Part shown: piece after piece, positions 1 through 8,502 of the stretch
Layout: every line of letters starts with the position of its first letter
Position numbering within the stretch: position 1 is the stretch's first letter
NCBI GenBank assembly: GCA_052389675.1
Contig: JBQTHR010000032.1
Location: 17,262 to 81,261 of the forward strand
DNA: 64,000 nucleotides
From: Actinomycetota bacterium
GTDB taxonomy: Bacteria > Actinomycetota > CADDZG01 > JAHWKV01
Reading direction: 5' to 3'
Notes under the pieces: generated by a model
Told to the model about the DNA's origin: nothing
What the model saw: only the letters and a program-made list of their open reading frames with translations
The model's database searches: none
Made by a program: the position numbers and the translations under genes

Positions 1-1
1 C

Positions 2-1072
2 ATGTCCGGTGCCCTGATCGACCGGCTGACTCTCACCCCGGCCCGGCTGAGCTCGATGAGCCGGGGGCTGTGCGACATAGCCGAGCAGCCCGACCCGGTT
101 GGCGAGGTGGTGCAGAGTTGGGAACGTCCCAACGGCCTCAAGATCACCAAGGTTCGCCGGCCGGTTGGCGTGGTCGCAGTGATCTACGAAGCACGTCCCA
201 ACGTGACCGCCGACGTTGCCGGACTCTGCTTGATGTCGGGCAATGCAATCATCTTGAGGGGCTCGTCCCATGCGTTGCGCACCAATGTGGCCGCGGTAGC
301 GATCCTGAGGGCGGCGGCTACCGGCGCCGGGCTGCCGCAGGACTCGATTCAGTTGGTGCAGGACACCTCCCGCGAAGCGGCGGTCGAACTCATGCAGGCC
401 AAGCAGTACGTCGACTTGCTGATCCCCCGGGGGGGAAAGGCACTGATCCGCTCAATCGAGGACAATGCCACCGTACCGGCGATCATCGACGGCGATGGAA
501 ACTGTCACATCTACGTCGACGCTGCAGCGGACCCGGCGATGGCAACCAGCATCGTGATCAACGCCAAGACCCAGCGGCCGGGCGTGTGTAACGCCGCCGA
601 GACCCTGCTTGTTCACAAAGATTTGACCCATTCCTGGCTGCCCGGCGCCCTGGCGGAGTTGCACAATAGGGGGGTGCAGATCAGGGGCGATGCGACTGTT
701 CGAGAGGTCTTTGCTCAGGCCGAGGAGGCCAACGAGCAGGACTGGGGGACCGAGTTCCTGGATCTGATCTTGGCGGTGCGGGTGGTAGACGGTCTGGAGG
801 AGGCCATCGATCACGTGAACCGTTGGGGCACCTCCAACGCCGAGGCAATAGTGACCGCTGACCGGGCGGCCGCTGAGCAGTTCGCCCGGCGGGTAGACTC
901 CGGCACCGTCTTCGTCAATGCCTCCACGCGCTTTAGCGACGGAGGCCAGTTCGGCTACGGTGGGGAGATCGGCATATCTACCCAGAAGCTCCATGCTCGC
1001 GGCCCGCTGGGCCTTCGAGAGCTCACCAGTTGCAGCTACGTGGTCTGGGGGGACGGTCAGGTCCGCAGCTAG
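2..1072 (+). CDS. proA: gamma-glutamyl phosphate reductase, 5'-truncated by the window edge
   Basis: The ORF is open at the window start. Motifs GNAIILRGSS, LIPRGG and GVCNAAETLLVH (catalytic Cys) are typical of ProA. Confidence 0.9.
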   Translation: MSGALIDRLTLTPARLSSMSRGLCDIAEQPDPVGEVVQSWERPNGLKITKVRRPVGVVAVIYEARPNVTADVAGLCLMSGNAIILRGSSHALRTNVAAVAILRAAATGAGLPQDSIQLVQDTSREAAVELMQAKQYVDLLIPRGGKALIRSIEDNATVPAIIDGDGNCHIYVDAAADPAMATSIVINAKTQRPGVCNAAETLLVHKDLTHSWLPGALAELHNRGVQIRGDATVREVFAQAEEANEQDWGTEFLDLILAVRVVDGLEEAIDHVNRWGTSNAEAIVTADRAAAEQFARRVDSGTVFVNASTRFSDGGQFGYGGEIGISTQKLHARGPLGLRELTSCSYVVWGDGQVRS

Positions 1073-1117
1073 GACCGGTATCATCGGTTCACCAATGAAC
1101 TAAGAAACGGAGCGTCG

Positions 1118-1474
1118 ATGCTGCAGGAGATTGTGCTCGAGCTTGTCAGAGCGGGAGTGGCGCCGGAGGGGCGGCCGGGGGAATCGGGAGTTCTGGTCAG
1201 CGAAGGGGGAACAAGACCTTTCGTGGTCACAAGGGGTTGGTCGGGCGTGGCCGGGTATTACAACGAGCAATGGTCTTTACGCCGGGGCGGTCGACAGATC
1301 CTGTACTCCAGCCCAGCGCGCCAGATCTTCGTTCGAGGTCTTCAGTCGGTGACCAGCTACTCCGATGCAGTGGCCGGCCGGGTGCGGCTGGACCCGGGCG
1401 AATACAACTTGGTGTTCACGATGGACGGGCTGTACCTGGGCCACGTCGATCTAATCGCCCGCTCGGCGGACTAG
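1118..1474 (+). CDS. hypothetical protein (118 aa)
   Basis: ATG preceded by AACGGAG, with GC-rich third codon positions. No recognisable motif. Confidence 0.45.
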   Translation: MLQEIVLELVRAGVAPEGRPGESGVLVSEGGTRPFVVTRGWSGVAGYYNEQWSLRRGGRQILYSSPARQIFVRGLQSVTSYSDAVAGRVRLDPGEYNLVFTMDGLYLGHVDLIARSAD

Positions 1475-1508
1475 GCCAGGCCTTCTGGCCCAGCCTGAGC
1501 GGCCCTGG

Positions 1509-2948
1509 ATGAACCTGGAGCGACCGGACCCGCAGACCATTGTCATCTTCGGCGCGTCGGGGGACCTGACCCGGCGCAAGGCCATGCCTGCGCTCTACAA
1601 CTTGTACAAGGAGGGCCTTCTTCCTCGGGACTTCGCGGTGGTCGGCTTTGCCCGGTCCCCGCTGGCCGCCGATGCCTTCCGCAAGTCGGTGAGAGAGGCG
1701 GTATCAAACCACAGCCGTTCCGGGATCAGCGACCGCCACTGGCGGCCATTCGAAGAGCACCTCGAGTACTTTGCCGGCAGCTACGACGACCCCAACGCCT
1801 GGGTAGACTTCCGCAAGTTCCTGGACGAGGTGGATTCCCGTTACCACACCGAGGGCCGCCGGCTGTTCTATTGCGCAACCCCGCCTTCGGTTTTCCCCGT
1901 AATCGCCGAGCGGCTGGGCGACGCGGCGCTAAACAGCCGCTCACGGGTGGTGGTGGAGAAGCCTTTCGGGCACGATTTAAAGAGCGCAGTTGAGCTGAAC
2001 GCCTGCCTGCACGAGGTGTTTGACGAGAAGCAGATTTTCCGCATCGACCATTACCTGGGTAAGGAAACCGTTCAGAACATCCTGGTATTCCGGTTTGCCA
2101 ACGGCATATTCGAGCCGTTATGGAGCCGTAACTACGTCGATTGCGTGCAGATCGACGTGGCCGAGTCGGTTGGCATCGAGGGCCGGGGCGGCTTCTACGA
2201 GGAGGCTGGAGCGCTCAGGGACATCGTCCAGAACCACGCCATGCAACTGGTGGCCACGCTGTCCATGGAGCCCCCCGCCGACTTCGAGGCGGAGGCCATC
2301 CGCAATGAGAAGGTAAAGCTGCTGAAAGCGATCTCCCGGATCGAACCCTCCGAGGTGGTGCGGGGCCAGTACACCGCCGGAGTGGTGGATGGTCGGAGCG
2401 CCGCCGGGTACCGGGAGGAGCCAGGTGTTGATCCGGAGTCGTGGACCGAAACCTATGTGGCCATGAGGATGGAGATCGACAACTGGCGCTGGGCAGGAGT
2501 ACCCTTCTTCCTGCGCAGTGGCAAGCGCATGCCCAACCGGGCGACTACCATCACCGTTTTTTTCCACGGAGCACCACACGCTCTGTTCGACGCCTCAGGA
2601 TTGAAAGCTCCCGAGCAGAATCATCTGACGATCCGGGTTCAGCCGGACGAGGGGATCACCCTCACCTTCGGGGCCAAAGCGCCCGGCCCGGACATGAAGG
2701 TAGCCCCGGTGGACATGCACTTCGATTACGACGAGTCTTTCATGAGCGCCCCTGCGGAGGCGTACGAGCGGCTGATCCTGGACGCCATGCTGGGCGACGC
2801 CACCCTGTTCACCCGTGCCGACGAGATCGAAAAGTCGTGGGAGATCCTGGACAAAGTGCTGGAGCGCACTGCGCCTTTCCTCTATCAGGCGGGCACCTGG
2901 GGCCCGGCTGAGGCCGACGAACTGATCGCCCCGAGGCACTGGCACTAG
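1509..2948 (+). CDS. zwf: glucose-6-phosphate 1-dehydrogenase
   Basis: N-terminal IFGASGDLTRRK dinucleotide-binding motif and the RIDHYLGKE active-site signature. The 479 aa length fits. Confidence 0.93.
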   Translation: MNLERPDPQTIVIFGASGDLTRRKAMPALYNLYKEGLLPRDFAVVGFARSPLAADAFRKSVREAVSNHSRSGISDRHWRPFEEHLEYFAGSYDDPNAWVDFRKFLDEVDSRYHTEGRRLFYCATPPSVFPVIAERLGDAALNSRSRVVVEKPFGHDLKSAVELNACLHEVFDEKQIFRIDHYLGKETVQNILVFRFANGIFEPLWSRNYVDCVQIDVAESVGIEGRGGFYEEAGALRDIVQNHAMQLVATLSMEPPADFEAEAIRNEKVKLLKAISRIEPSEVVRGQYTAGVVDGRSAAGYREEPGVDPESWTETYVAMRMEIDNWRWAGVPFFLRSGKRMPNRATTITVFFHGAPHALFDASGLKAPEQNHLTIRVQPDEGITLTFGAKAPGPDMKVAPVDMHFDYDESFMSAPAEAYERLILDAMLGDATLFTRADEIEKSWEILDKVLERTAPFLYQAGTWGPAEADELIAPRHWH

Positions 2949-3083
2949 AGAGGTTTCAAGGCATCGTCGTTAGAGTAGCAACTTTTCCGGTCGAATCCCT
3001 CGCCCAGTTGGTGCGAACACGAGATCTGCTTCGAGCGAAGGGCATCGATGTTCAGCTGACTCAGGTCGCCCGGCCCCCCGGCG

Positions 3084-3578
3084 TCAGGCTTGCGCTAGGG
3101 CTACTTTGTCGCCCTGCTTCACTCCTGCTGCCCGGAACACCCCGCTGCCGACTTCCAGGGCACCGACGTAGTCGGAAGAAGGCACGTAAAGCTGGCACGG
3201 GTCGGCGGTGCATGGGACCATGGCCAGGATCTCCACAATCGATCCTTGATCGTCCCAGAAGGCGATGTCCAGCGGGATCAGTGTGTCTTTCATGAAGAAG
3301 CCGAAGCGCACCGGGGTGGACCACAAGAACGCCATTCCCTGGTCCTCAGGCAACGACTCCACCCCCATCAGGCCCTTGGCCTGCGCGGGAGCGGTAAGTG
3401 CGATTTCGACGTCGATCGACAGCAACTCTTTGCCGTCCCGGGTTATCACGAGTGCCCCCTGGGGTAGTCCAGACTGCAATCTGCTCGACTCCAACGAGTT
3501 GCCCCACCACGTTGGCGCTGCCAAAACCAGTGCAACCATCAACAGGATCCGTTTGCCCGGTTTTGCTTTGCTCCTCAC
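3084..3578 (-). CDS. secreted DUF192-family protein
   Basis: N-terminal signal/TM (ILLMVALVLAAP). Core GMAFLW...FFMKDTLIPLDIAFWD resembles DUF192. Confidence 0.65.
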   Translation of the reverse strand: MRSKAKPGKRILLMVALVLAAPTWWGNSLESSRLQSGLPQGALVITRDGKELLSIDVEIALTAPAQAKGLMGVESLPEDQGMAFLWSTPVRFGFFMKDTLIPLDIAFWDDQGSIVEILAMVPCTADPCQLYVPSSDYVGALEVGSGVFRAAGVKQGDKVALAQA

Positions 3579-3627
3579 CGCTCTATCCTATGTTCCGTGA
3601 ACCCCAATCCTGACCGAGCCATCTGAC

Positions 3628-4194
3628 GTGCCGGCAGGAGCTCGCGGCGAGAGCAGGTATCTGGCCCCAGGTGAGGCGATCCAGCATGTCGCCCGCCGGC
3701 ACGTGGTCGTGCTGATCATGCCGATGCTGGTTTGGCTGACGACCCTGGCGGGAGTTGCCTGGATCAGTTTCCTGCTGACCGAGAGGGATCCCATTCCGCT
3801 GCTGGACAACATCGGGATTGGCGTTGTCCTGGTGGTGACCTTGTACGCGTTGTTCCGGTTGGTGCAGTGGTGGAAGGACCGCTACGTGATCACCGATCAA
3901 CGGGTCCTGCTGATTGAGGGAATCATCGCAGTGAAAGTTGCGGCAGTCTCACTGGGCCGGGTGACCGAGACCAGCTTCACCCGGAGCCTGTGGGGCCGTT
4001 TGCTCGGCTACGGCGAGCTCAAGCTCGATTCAGCGGGCGAGCAGCTGGGTCTGGCAAGCCTCGACTACTTGCCTAAACCGGTGGCGGTGTACCGCCTGGT
4101 GACCTCCTTGCTCATCGAGGCCCGCTCGGAACGTCCACGGTCCGCCGACCCCAGGAAGGACGACACCGGGCCGTTGCCCCCGGTAGTGCTGTGA
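3628..4194 (+). CDS. membrane protein with bacterial PH (bPH_2/YdbS-like) domain
   Basis: Two predicted TM helices followed by DRYVITDQRVLLIEGI...GELKLDSAG, a pattern typical of bPH_2 domains. Confidence 0.6.
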   Translation: MPAGARGESRYLAPGEAIQHVARRHVVVLIMPMLVWLTTLAGVAWISFLLTERDPIPLLDNIGIGVVLVVTLYALFRLVQWWKDRYVITDQRVLLIEGIIAVKVAAVSLGRVTETSFTRSLWGRLLGYGELKLDSAGEQLGLASLDYLPKPVAVYRLVTSLLIEARSERPRSADPRKDDTGPLPPVVL

Positions 4195-4808
4195 GTGGAA
4201 CCGGGCGCCGCATCGGGATCATGGGGGGCACTTTCGATCCCATCCACAACGGACACCTCGTGTGCGCTCAAGAGGCCGGGCACCAGTTCGATATCGACGA
4301 GGTGATCTTCCTCCCCGCCGGTTCCCCGTGGCAGAAGTCGAACGTCACCCCGGCCGAGGATCGCTACCTTATGACCATGCTGGCCACCGCTTCCAACGAG
4401 CACTTTTCGGTGTCCCGGCTGGAGATCGACCGCTTGGGTCCTTCCTACACAGTCGACAGCCTGGAGGCATTCCGCCTGTTCTATCCGCAGGCCAGCCTGT
4501 TCTTCATCACCGGTGCGGACGCAGTGGCCGAGATTCTCACCTGGAAGGATCCAGAGGAACTGTTGAGCAGGGCCCACTTCATTGCCGCCAGCCGGCCGGA
4601 ATTCGAACCACCCGATCTGGAACACGAGCCGATCAGGGGCCGGGTGAGCCTGATGCATATCCCGGCACTGGCGATATCCTCCACCGACATTCGCAACCGG
4701 GTGAGCCGGGGTGAGCCCATCCGCTATCTGGTTCCCCGGGAGGTGGCCGACTTTGTTGCCCAAAGGCAGCTTTACCGCTCTACGGCCGGCTCCGGGGCTA
4801 TGATTTAG
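4191..4808 (+). CDS. nadD: nicotinate-nucleotide adenylyltransferase
   Basis: GGTFDPIHNGHL (HxGH) nucleotidyltransferase motif and ISSTDIR motif. There is a 4-nt overlap with the upstream ORF. Confidence 0.92.
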   Translation: MSGTGRRIGIMGGTFDPIHNGHLVCAQEAGHQFDIDEVIFLPAGSPWQKSNVTPAEDRYLMTMLATASNEHFSVSRLEIDRLGPSYTVDSLEAFRLFYPQASLFFITGADAVAEILTWKDPEELLSRAHFIAASRPEFEPPDLEHEPIRGRVSLMHIPALAISSTDIRNRVSRGEPIRYLVPREVADFVAQRQLYRSTAGSGAMI

Positions 4809-5248
4809 TGGTCCGAAGCACACCGTTGGGTAAGAAATCGACAGGCAGGAAATCGACAGAAAGGGTGATGCCAATCACAGGAGACGGTTCACGCGCCAAT
4901 GCGCTCTTAGCAGCGGAGGCAGCGTCGTCCAAGAAGGCTGGCGACATCGTAATTCTGGAAGTTGGACCGCTCATAAGCATCACCGACTACTTCGTCATTT
5001 GTTCGGGAAACACCGAGCGCCAGGTGAAGACCATCGTCGAAGAAATACACAAGCGGCTTGCCTCACACGGTGAGAAGCCGTACCGGATGGAGGGGGAGCA
5101 TGAAGCGCGCTGGGTGCTTCTCGACTACCTCGACTTTGTCGTCCACGTATTCCACACCGAGGAGCGTGAGTACTACGGCATCGAACGGCTGTGGGCCGAC
5201 GCCCAGACGGTTCCGTTCGAGGAAGATGCTGTCGTTGCCCGCGGCTGA
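4808..5248 (+). CDS. rsfS: ribosome silencing factor
   Basis: ITDYFVICSGNTERQVKTI and WVLLDYLDFVVHVFH motifs. Shows the conserved nadD-rsfS adjacency, with TAGTG stop/start overlap. Confidence 0.9.
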   Translation: MVRSTPLGKKSTGRKSTERVMPITGDGSRANALLAAEAASSKKAGDIVILEVGPLISITDYFVICSGNTERQVKTIVEEIHKRLASHGEKPYRMEGEHEARWVLLDYLDFVVHVFHTEEREYYGIERLWADAQTVPFEEDAVVARG

Positions 5249-5265
5249 ACCGGGCAGGTTGATCG

Positions 5266-5763
5266 ATGTCTAGGAGTGGCCGGCGCCGGCGAGCAAGGAT
5301 AGATCGTCCGGAGCCGTCGTCCCCAAGCCGGGGCACTCCAGCACCGGCCGACCCTGGAGGCGGGGAAACGGAGCAACGTACCCGCACCGCGACCCGAACC
5401 CGAACCCGGGAGCCGGCCATGCGGGCTTCGGTCATTGTCGACCAGATGCGCACGCTTCCGGCCCAGGTCCGTACACTCCCCCCCGACGGCCTGGTTCTGG
5501 AAGAGTTGATCTCCACAATGCAAACCGAGTACGGGACGCCGAGCACTCCCCAGGAGTACCGGCTGATAGTAAAGGTGCCCCCGCCGGAGGACATCGCCTC
5601 CCCAACCGCCCCTGCCGAGCCGGCCGCTGAAGTGAAGAAGGCCGACCCGGAGGAATCCGCCCGCCGCACCAATTCTCGCAGGAGGCGCCGTGGGAGGCGA
5701 CGTTCGCCCGGCGAGACAAGCGGCCCGGTGGATAGTGAGGTTGAGGGTGGCCCCGCCCCTTGA
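5266..5763 (+). CDS. hypothetical Arg/Pro-rich protein; true start may be the internal ATG (MRASVIV...)
   Basis: Third codon positions are GC-rich and the ORF is followed by a strong hairpin terminator. The basic termini are low complexity and no motif was recognised. Confidence 0.4.
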   Translation: MSRSGRRRRARIDRPEPSSPSRGTPAPADPGGGETEQRTRTATRTRTREPAMRASVIVDQMRTLPAQVRTLPPDGLVLEELISTMQTEYGTPSTPQEYRLIVKVPPPEDIASPTAPAEPAAEVKKADPEESARRTNSRRRRRGRRRSPGETSGPVDSEVEGGPAP

Positions 5764-5805
5764 GCGCCGGCACCCCCGAAACAAGAACCAGCCGTCGCCG
5801 AACAC

Positions 5806-5836
5806 AAAACAGCCACCCCGAAGGGTGGCTGTTTTG
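5806..5836. terminator. bidirectional intrinsic terminator between convergent genes
   Basis: Perfect stem CAGCCACCC / GGGTGGCTG with loop CGAA. It is flanked by an A-tract upstream and TTTTG downstream, so it can act on both strands. Confidence 0.7.
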
Positions 5837-5847
5837 TGGGAAGCGGG

Positions 5848-6579
5848 TTAGCGGTTTGCGATGGAGGCGAAGCCCGGGCGGGTCCGGTTGCCTGCGCTTA
5901 GCAAAACGAATCCCAACAGCATCACCGCTGCCCCGGAGGCCGCCAGCGGGAGGGCGTCCACGCCGGTGCGTACCAGTGTCTGCGGGGGATTCGGGGTAAC
6001 TGCCACACCGCCTCCGGCAGCTGCGGCAGCGCTGGAACTGGAGGAGGAGCTGTTGTTGTTGTTGATGATGATCGGCCCCCTGCTGTCGCTGCCGCTGCCG
6101 GGTACCGGAATGACCTGGTTACCGAACGGGCTGCCCAAGCCAGGGTTGAGGGTGCCGGCGCGCTGGACCAATATGTTGATGCTGCCCTCGTTGGCGATGG
6201 CTACTTGGGCGATGCTAAATCCGGCTGCAGCGGACTGCAACGCGAGCACAGCTTGCACCGCTACCGCACCGCTGCAGTGCGATCCGTTGGCGGCCGAGAT
6301 TGTGATTACCTGTCCGGGTTCTACTGTGGTGTCGTTCACGGCGACCGGAACCGCCGGGGGTACCGGGTAGCTGAGGGCGGTGCACCGGGCGGTCAGCCGG
6401 TAGATTCCGGCCGCCGTATTGCTCGGAATTGTCCCCGAGAAGCTGAAGCCGCCTCCGGCGTTGGTAACCGAAGATGCCAGCACGGTCTGAGCCGATGCCG
6501 GGCTAACCATCATCATCACTGCCGCCAGCATGAAGGCGGTCACTTGTGTTAAGCGCTTCCCTGTTGTCCTGAGATGCAT
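5848..6579 (-). CDS. secreted surface protein with sortase-like C-terminal sorting signal (LVRTG + hydrophobic + basic tail)
   Basis: Signal peptide MHLRTTGKRLTQVTAFMLAAVMMMVSPASAQ and a GGAGGAA RBS. Contains the tract IIINNNNSSSSSSSAAAAAGGG. The C-terminus is LVRTG-VDALPLAASGAAVMLLGFVLLSAG-NRTR. Confidence 0.7.
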   Translation of the reverse strand: MHLRTTGKRLTQVTAFMLAAVMMMVSPASAQTVLASSVTNAGGGFSFSGTIPSNTAAGIYRLTARCTALSYPVPPAVPVAVNDTTVEPGQVITISAANGSHCSGAVAVQAVLALQSAAAGFSIAQVAIANEGSINILVQRAGTLNPGLGSPFGNQVIPVPGSGSDSRGPIIINNNNSSSSSSSAAAAAGGGVAVTPNPPQTLVRTGVDALPLAASGAAVMLLGFVLLSAGNRTRPGFASIANR

Positions 6580-6789
6580 CTTTAGGTTCCTCCGTCCCCG
6601 CTTCGGATGCTCAAATGATCAATCGGGCCGGTCACAGTAGGACCGAGCCCGGGCCCAGCCCATCAGGCTTATCTGACCCATCTGGCTGGAAGCATACTTG
6701 GTCGCATTTCAATAGTCCAAGAATTACTGCCCGAATGGCGAAAAAACACCACAGAGAGCGGTTGCTCATAAACTATGCGTAATAAGTTC

Positions 6790-6819
6790 TTGACTGATGG
6801 CCGTAGTGATTGATAGTTT
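6790..6819 (+). promoter_or_regulatory. candidate sigma-70-type promoter (TTGACT-N18-TAGTTT) in AT-rich divergent region
   Basis: Hexamers read directly from the sequence in the only AT-rich stretch between the two divergent secreted-protein genes. No experimental support. Confidence 0.25.
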
Positions 6820-7020
6820 CACATGCAACCGCAAGCTTCCCGAGAGGAATTTTGCGGTTGATAAGCACACGGGCGGGTATGCTGACTGCGTTAAGGTGCT
6901 GATTTGATCGGGATTTGTTGAACTGGCAGTGGACTCGTGACAGAATCAAACTTCATCGACGAATAAGTTTGACGAATTTTGGATGGGTGCCCTGTAGGGC
7001 CCCCGGGGAGGTATGAGCGA

Positions 7021-7608
7021 ATGAGGGCAAGAAAGAGACTGGCAGCGCTTTTGGTTGCGGGAGCCCTTTCGGCGCCCATGCTGGCCCCGGCACCGGCGCA
7101 TGCGCAGCTGGGCGGTTTGGGGAGCCTTTTGGGGCTGGACCTGAGCGGTTTGCTGGGAGGAGGCACCGGTGGTCAGTCCGGGTTGGGTGGCGTTCTGGGT
7201 GGCCAAGGAGCACTGGGCAACGTCCTCGGGAACCTGCTTCAGGGCGCTGACCTGCTGAACAACTGCGCACTCGCACTCGGTCTGCTGGACCCGGCCACTT
7301 GCGTCACCGCGTCGCAGTTGCCCACCACCACCACAACCAACCCGTTCTTCCCCGGCTTTGGTGGCCTGCCTAACTTTGGCGGTCTGCCCAACTTTGGCGG
7401 TCTGCCCAACTTCGGCTTCCCGCAGGCACAGTCGCAGGTGATTCCGGTGTTCCGCAACCTGAACAACGACCCGATCGTCATCACCAATAACAACGCCAGC
7501 AACAGCACTTCATCGGCGGTTGCCTCGGCGGCTCCGGGCGGCGGTGCCTCGGCTTCGGCCAATGGCAACAGTGGGTCCTCCCAGAGCCAGACGATCGTTA
7601 TCCCGTAG
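7021..7608 (+). CDS. secreted low-complexity repeat protein (3x GGLPNF)
   Basis: ATG at 7021 lies 9 nt after GGGGAGG. Signal peptide MRARKRLAALLVAGALSAPMLAPAPAHA. Shares a C-terminal module with the divergent gene 5848..6579. Confidence 0.65.
   Translation: MRARKRLAALLVAGALSAPMLAPAPAHAQLGGLGSLLGLDLSGLLGGGTGGQSGLGGVLGGQGALGNVLGNLLQGADLLNNCALALGLLDPATCVTASQLPTTTTTNPFFPGFGGLPNFGGLPNFGGLPNFGFPQAQSQVIPVFRNLNNDPIVITNNNASNSTSSAVASAAPGGGASASANGNSGSSQSQTIVIP
7360..7413 (+). repeat. 18-bp in-frame tandem repeat x3 encoding GGLPNF
   Basis: ggtggcctgcctaacttt / ggcggtctgcccaacttt / ggcggtctgcccaacttc, read directly. Confidence 0.9.
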
Positions 7609-7632
7609 TTCGCACGCTCAAGCACTGAATCA

Positions 7633-7670
7633 AAACGTGCAGCCCTTTAGGGGGCTGCACGTTTGTATTT
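7633..7670 (+). terminator. intrinsic terminator
   Basis: 13-bp stem AAACGTGCAGCCC / GGGCTGCACGTTT with a 6-nt loop, followed by GTATTTTGG, 25 nt after the stop at 7608. Confidence 0.75.
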
Positions 7671-7698
7671 TGGCGGAAGAGTTGGAGGCTGTGATCTG

Positions 7699-8223
7699 AT
7701 GATGCGCAAGCTCTGGTGTTTGTTCGCCCTGATGCTGGTTCTTATACCCGCCTGCTCCACTCAGGACGATCCCGAAGACCTGACCATCGACGCGTCCGAT
7801 CCGGCGCAGGGGAGCAGCGTTTCGGTGGACCCCAACGCGGTGTTGAATCACCTGAAGGCGGCCGGGCTCCCAGTGGGCCGTGTGGATGCCTACAACGCAG
7901 AGAACGATCCGTTTAAGTTGGCGGGAAGGCCTGATCGGTATATCGCCAAGGTAGTCTTCGCCGACACCAGGCACAACGCGGAGCCCTGCCAGAAGATCGA
8001 GGTACTGCCCTGGGACGAGTGCGGCGGGACCATCGAGGTGTTTGCCAGCGCAGGAGATCTGAGCAAGTGGAAGGCGGCTATTGTGCTGGCTCGCGAGGGA
8101 ACACCCAATGCGCCACCCGAGTACCGCTATGAGAAGGACCTCTCACTGCTTCGCTTGGGCCACGTCCTCACCCCGGAGCAGGCCAAGGCTTATGAAGCGG
8201 CTTATCTGAACTTCCCGGGATAG
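7699..8223 (+). CDS. lipoprotein, unknown function
   Basis: ATGATG start lies 10 nt after GGAGG. Lipobox LVLIPAC in MMRKLWCLFALMLVLIPACSTQ. The track start at 7663 lies inside the upstream terminator. Confidence 0.7.
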   Translation: MMRKLWCLFALMLVLIPACSTQDDPEDLTIDASDPAQGSSVSVDPNAVLNHLKAAGLPVGRVDAYNAENDPFKLAGRPDRYIAKVVFADTRHNAEPCQKIEVLPWDECGGTIEVFASAGDLSKWKAAIVLAREGTPNAPPEYRYEKDLSLLRLGHVLTPEQAKAYEAAYLNFPG

Positions 8224-8321
8224 TGCAGCGCCCCGCAAGTCCAGCGGCGTTAGTGCGCCCGGGGAGTACTCTGGCGGCACTCACGGGGAGCGTTCGGCAT
8301 CACGAGATGGTGCTTTAGGGA

Positions 8322-8498
8322 ATGTCCGGACTGCCCGGAGGGGTCATCGTGGCGGTGGCCGTTCTGCAGGTTCTGGTAGCTATCGTTCTGGTGGTCTTAA
8401 TGGTCAAGATGGGCAAAGCCATACGCGCCCAAGGCAGGCCCATCGTTCCGCCGGAGTTGAAGGCCAGGCTCAGGCGCTTGTTTGGCGGCGGCCGGTAG
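8322..8498 (+). CDS. possible small single-TM protein (58 aa), below the ORF-track cutoff
   Basis: Own translation: MSGLPGGVIVAVAVLQVLVAIVLVVLMVKMGKAIRAQGRPIVPPELKARLRRLFGGGR. It has a hydrophobic helix and a basic tail. The RBS is weak. Confidence 0.3.
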   Translation: MSGLPGGVIVAVAVLQVLVAIVLVVLMVKMGKAIRAQGRPIVPPELKARLRRLFGGGR

Positions 8499-8502
8499 GA
8501 CC

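Noticed and set aside
4995-5816. 273-aa and 210-aa minus-strand ORFs overlapping rsfS and the 5266..5763 ORF
   Set aside because: Both have Arg/Gly/Pro/Ser-rich low-complexity translations. The position of the terminator hairpin supports the plus-strand reading.
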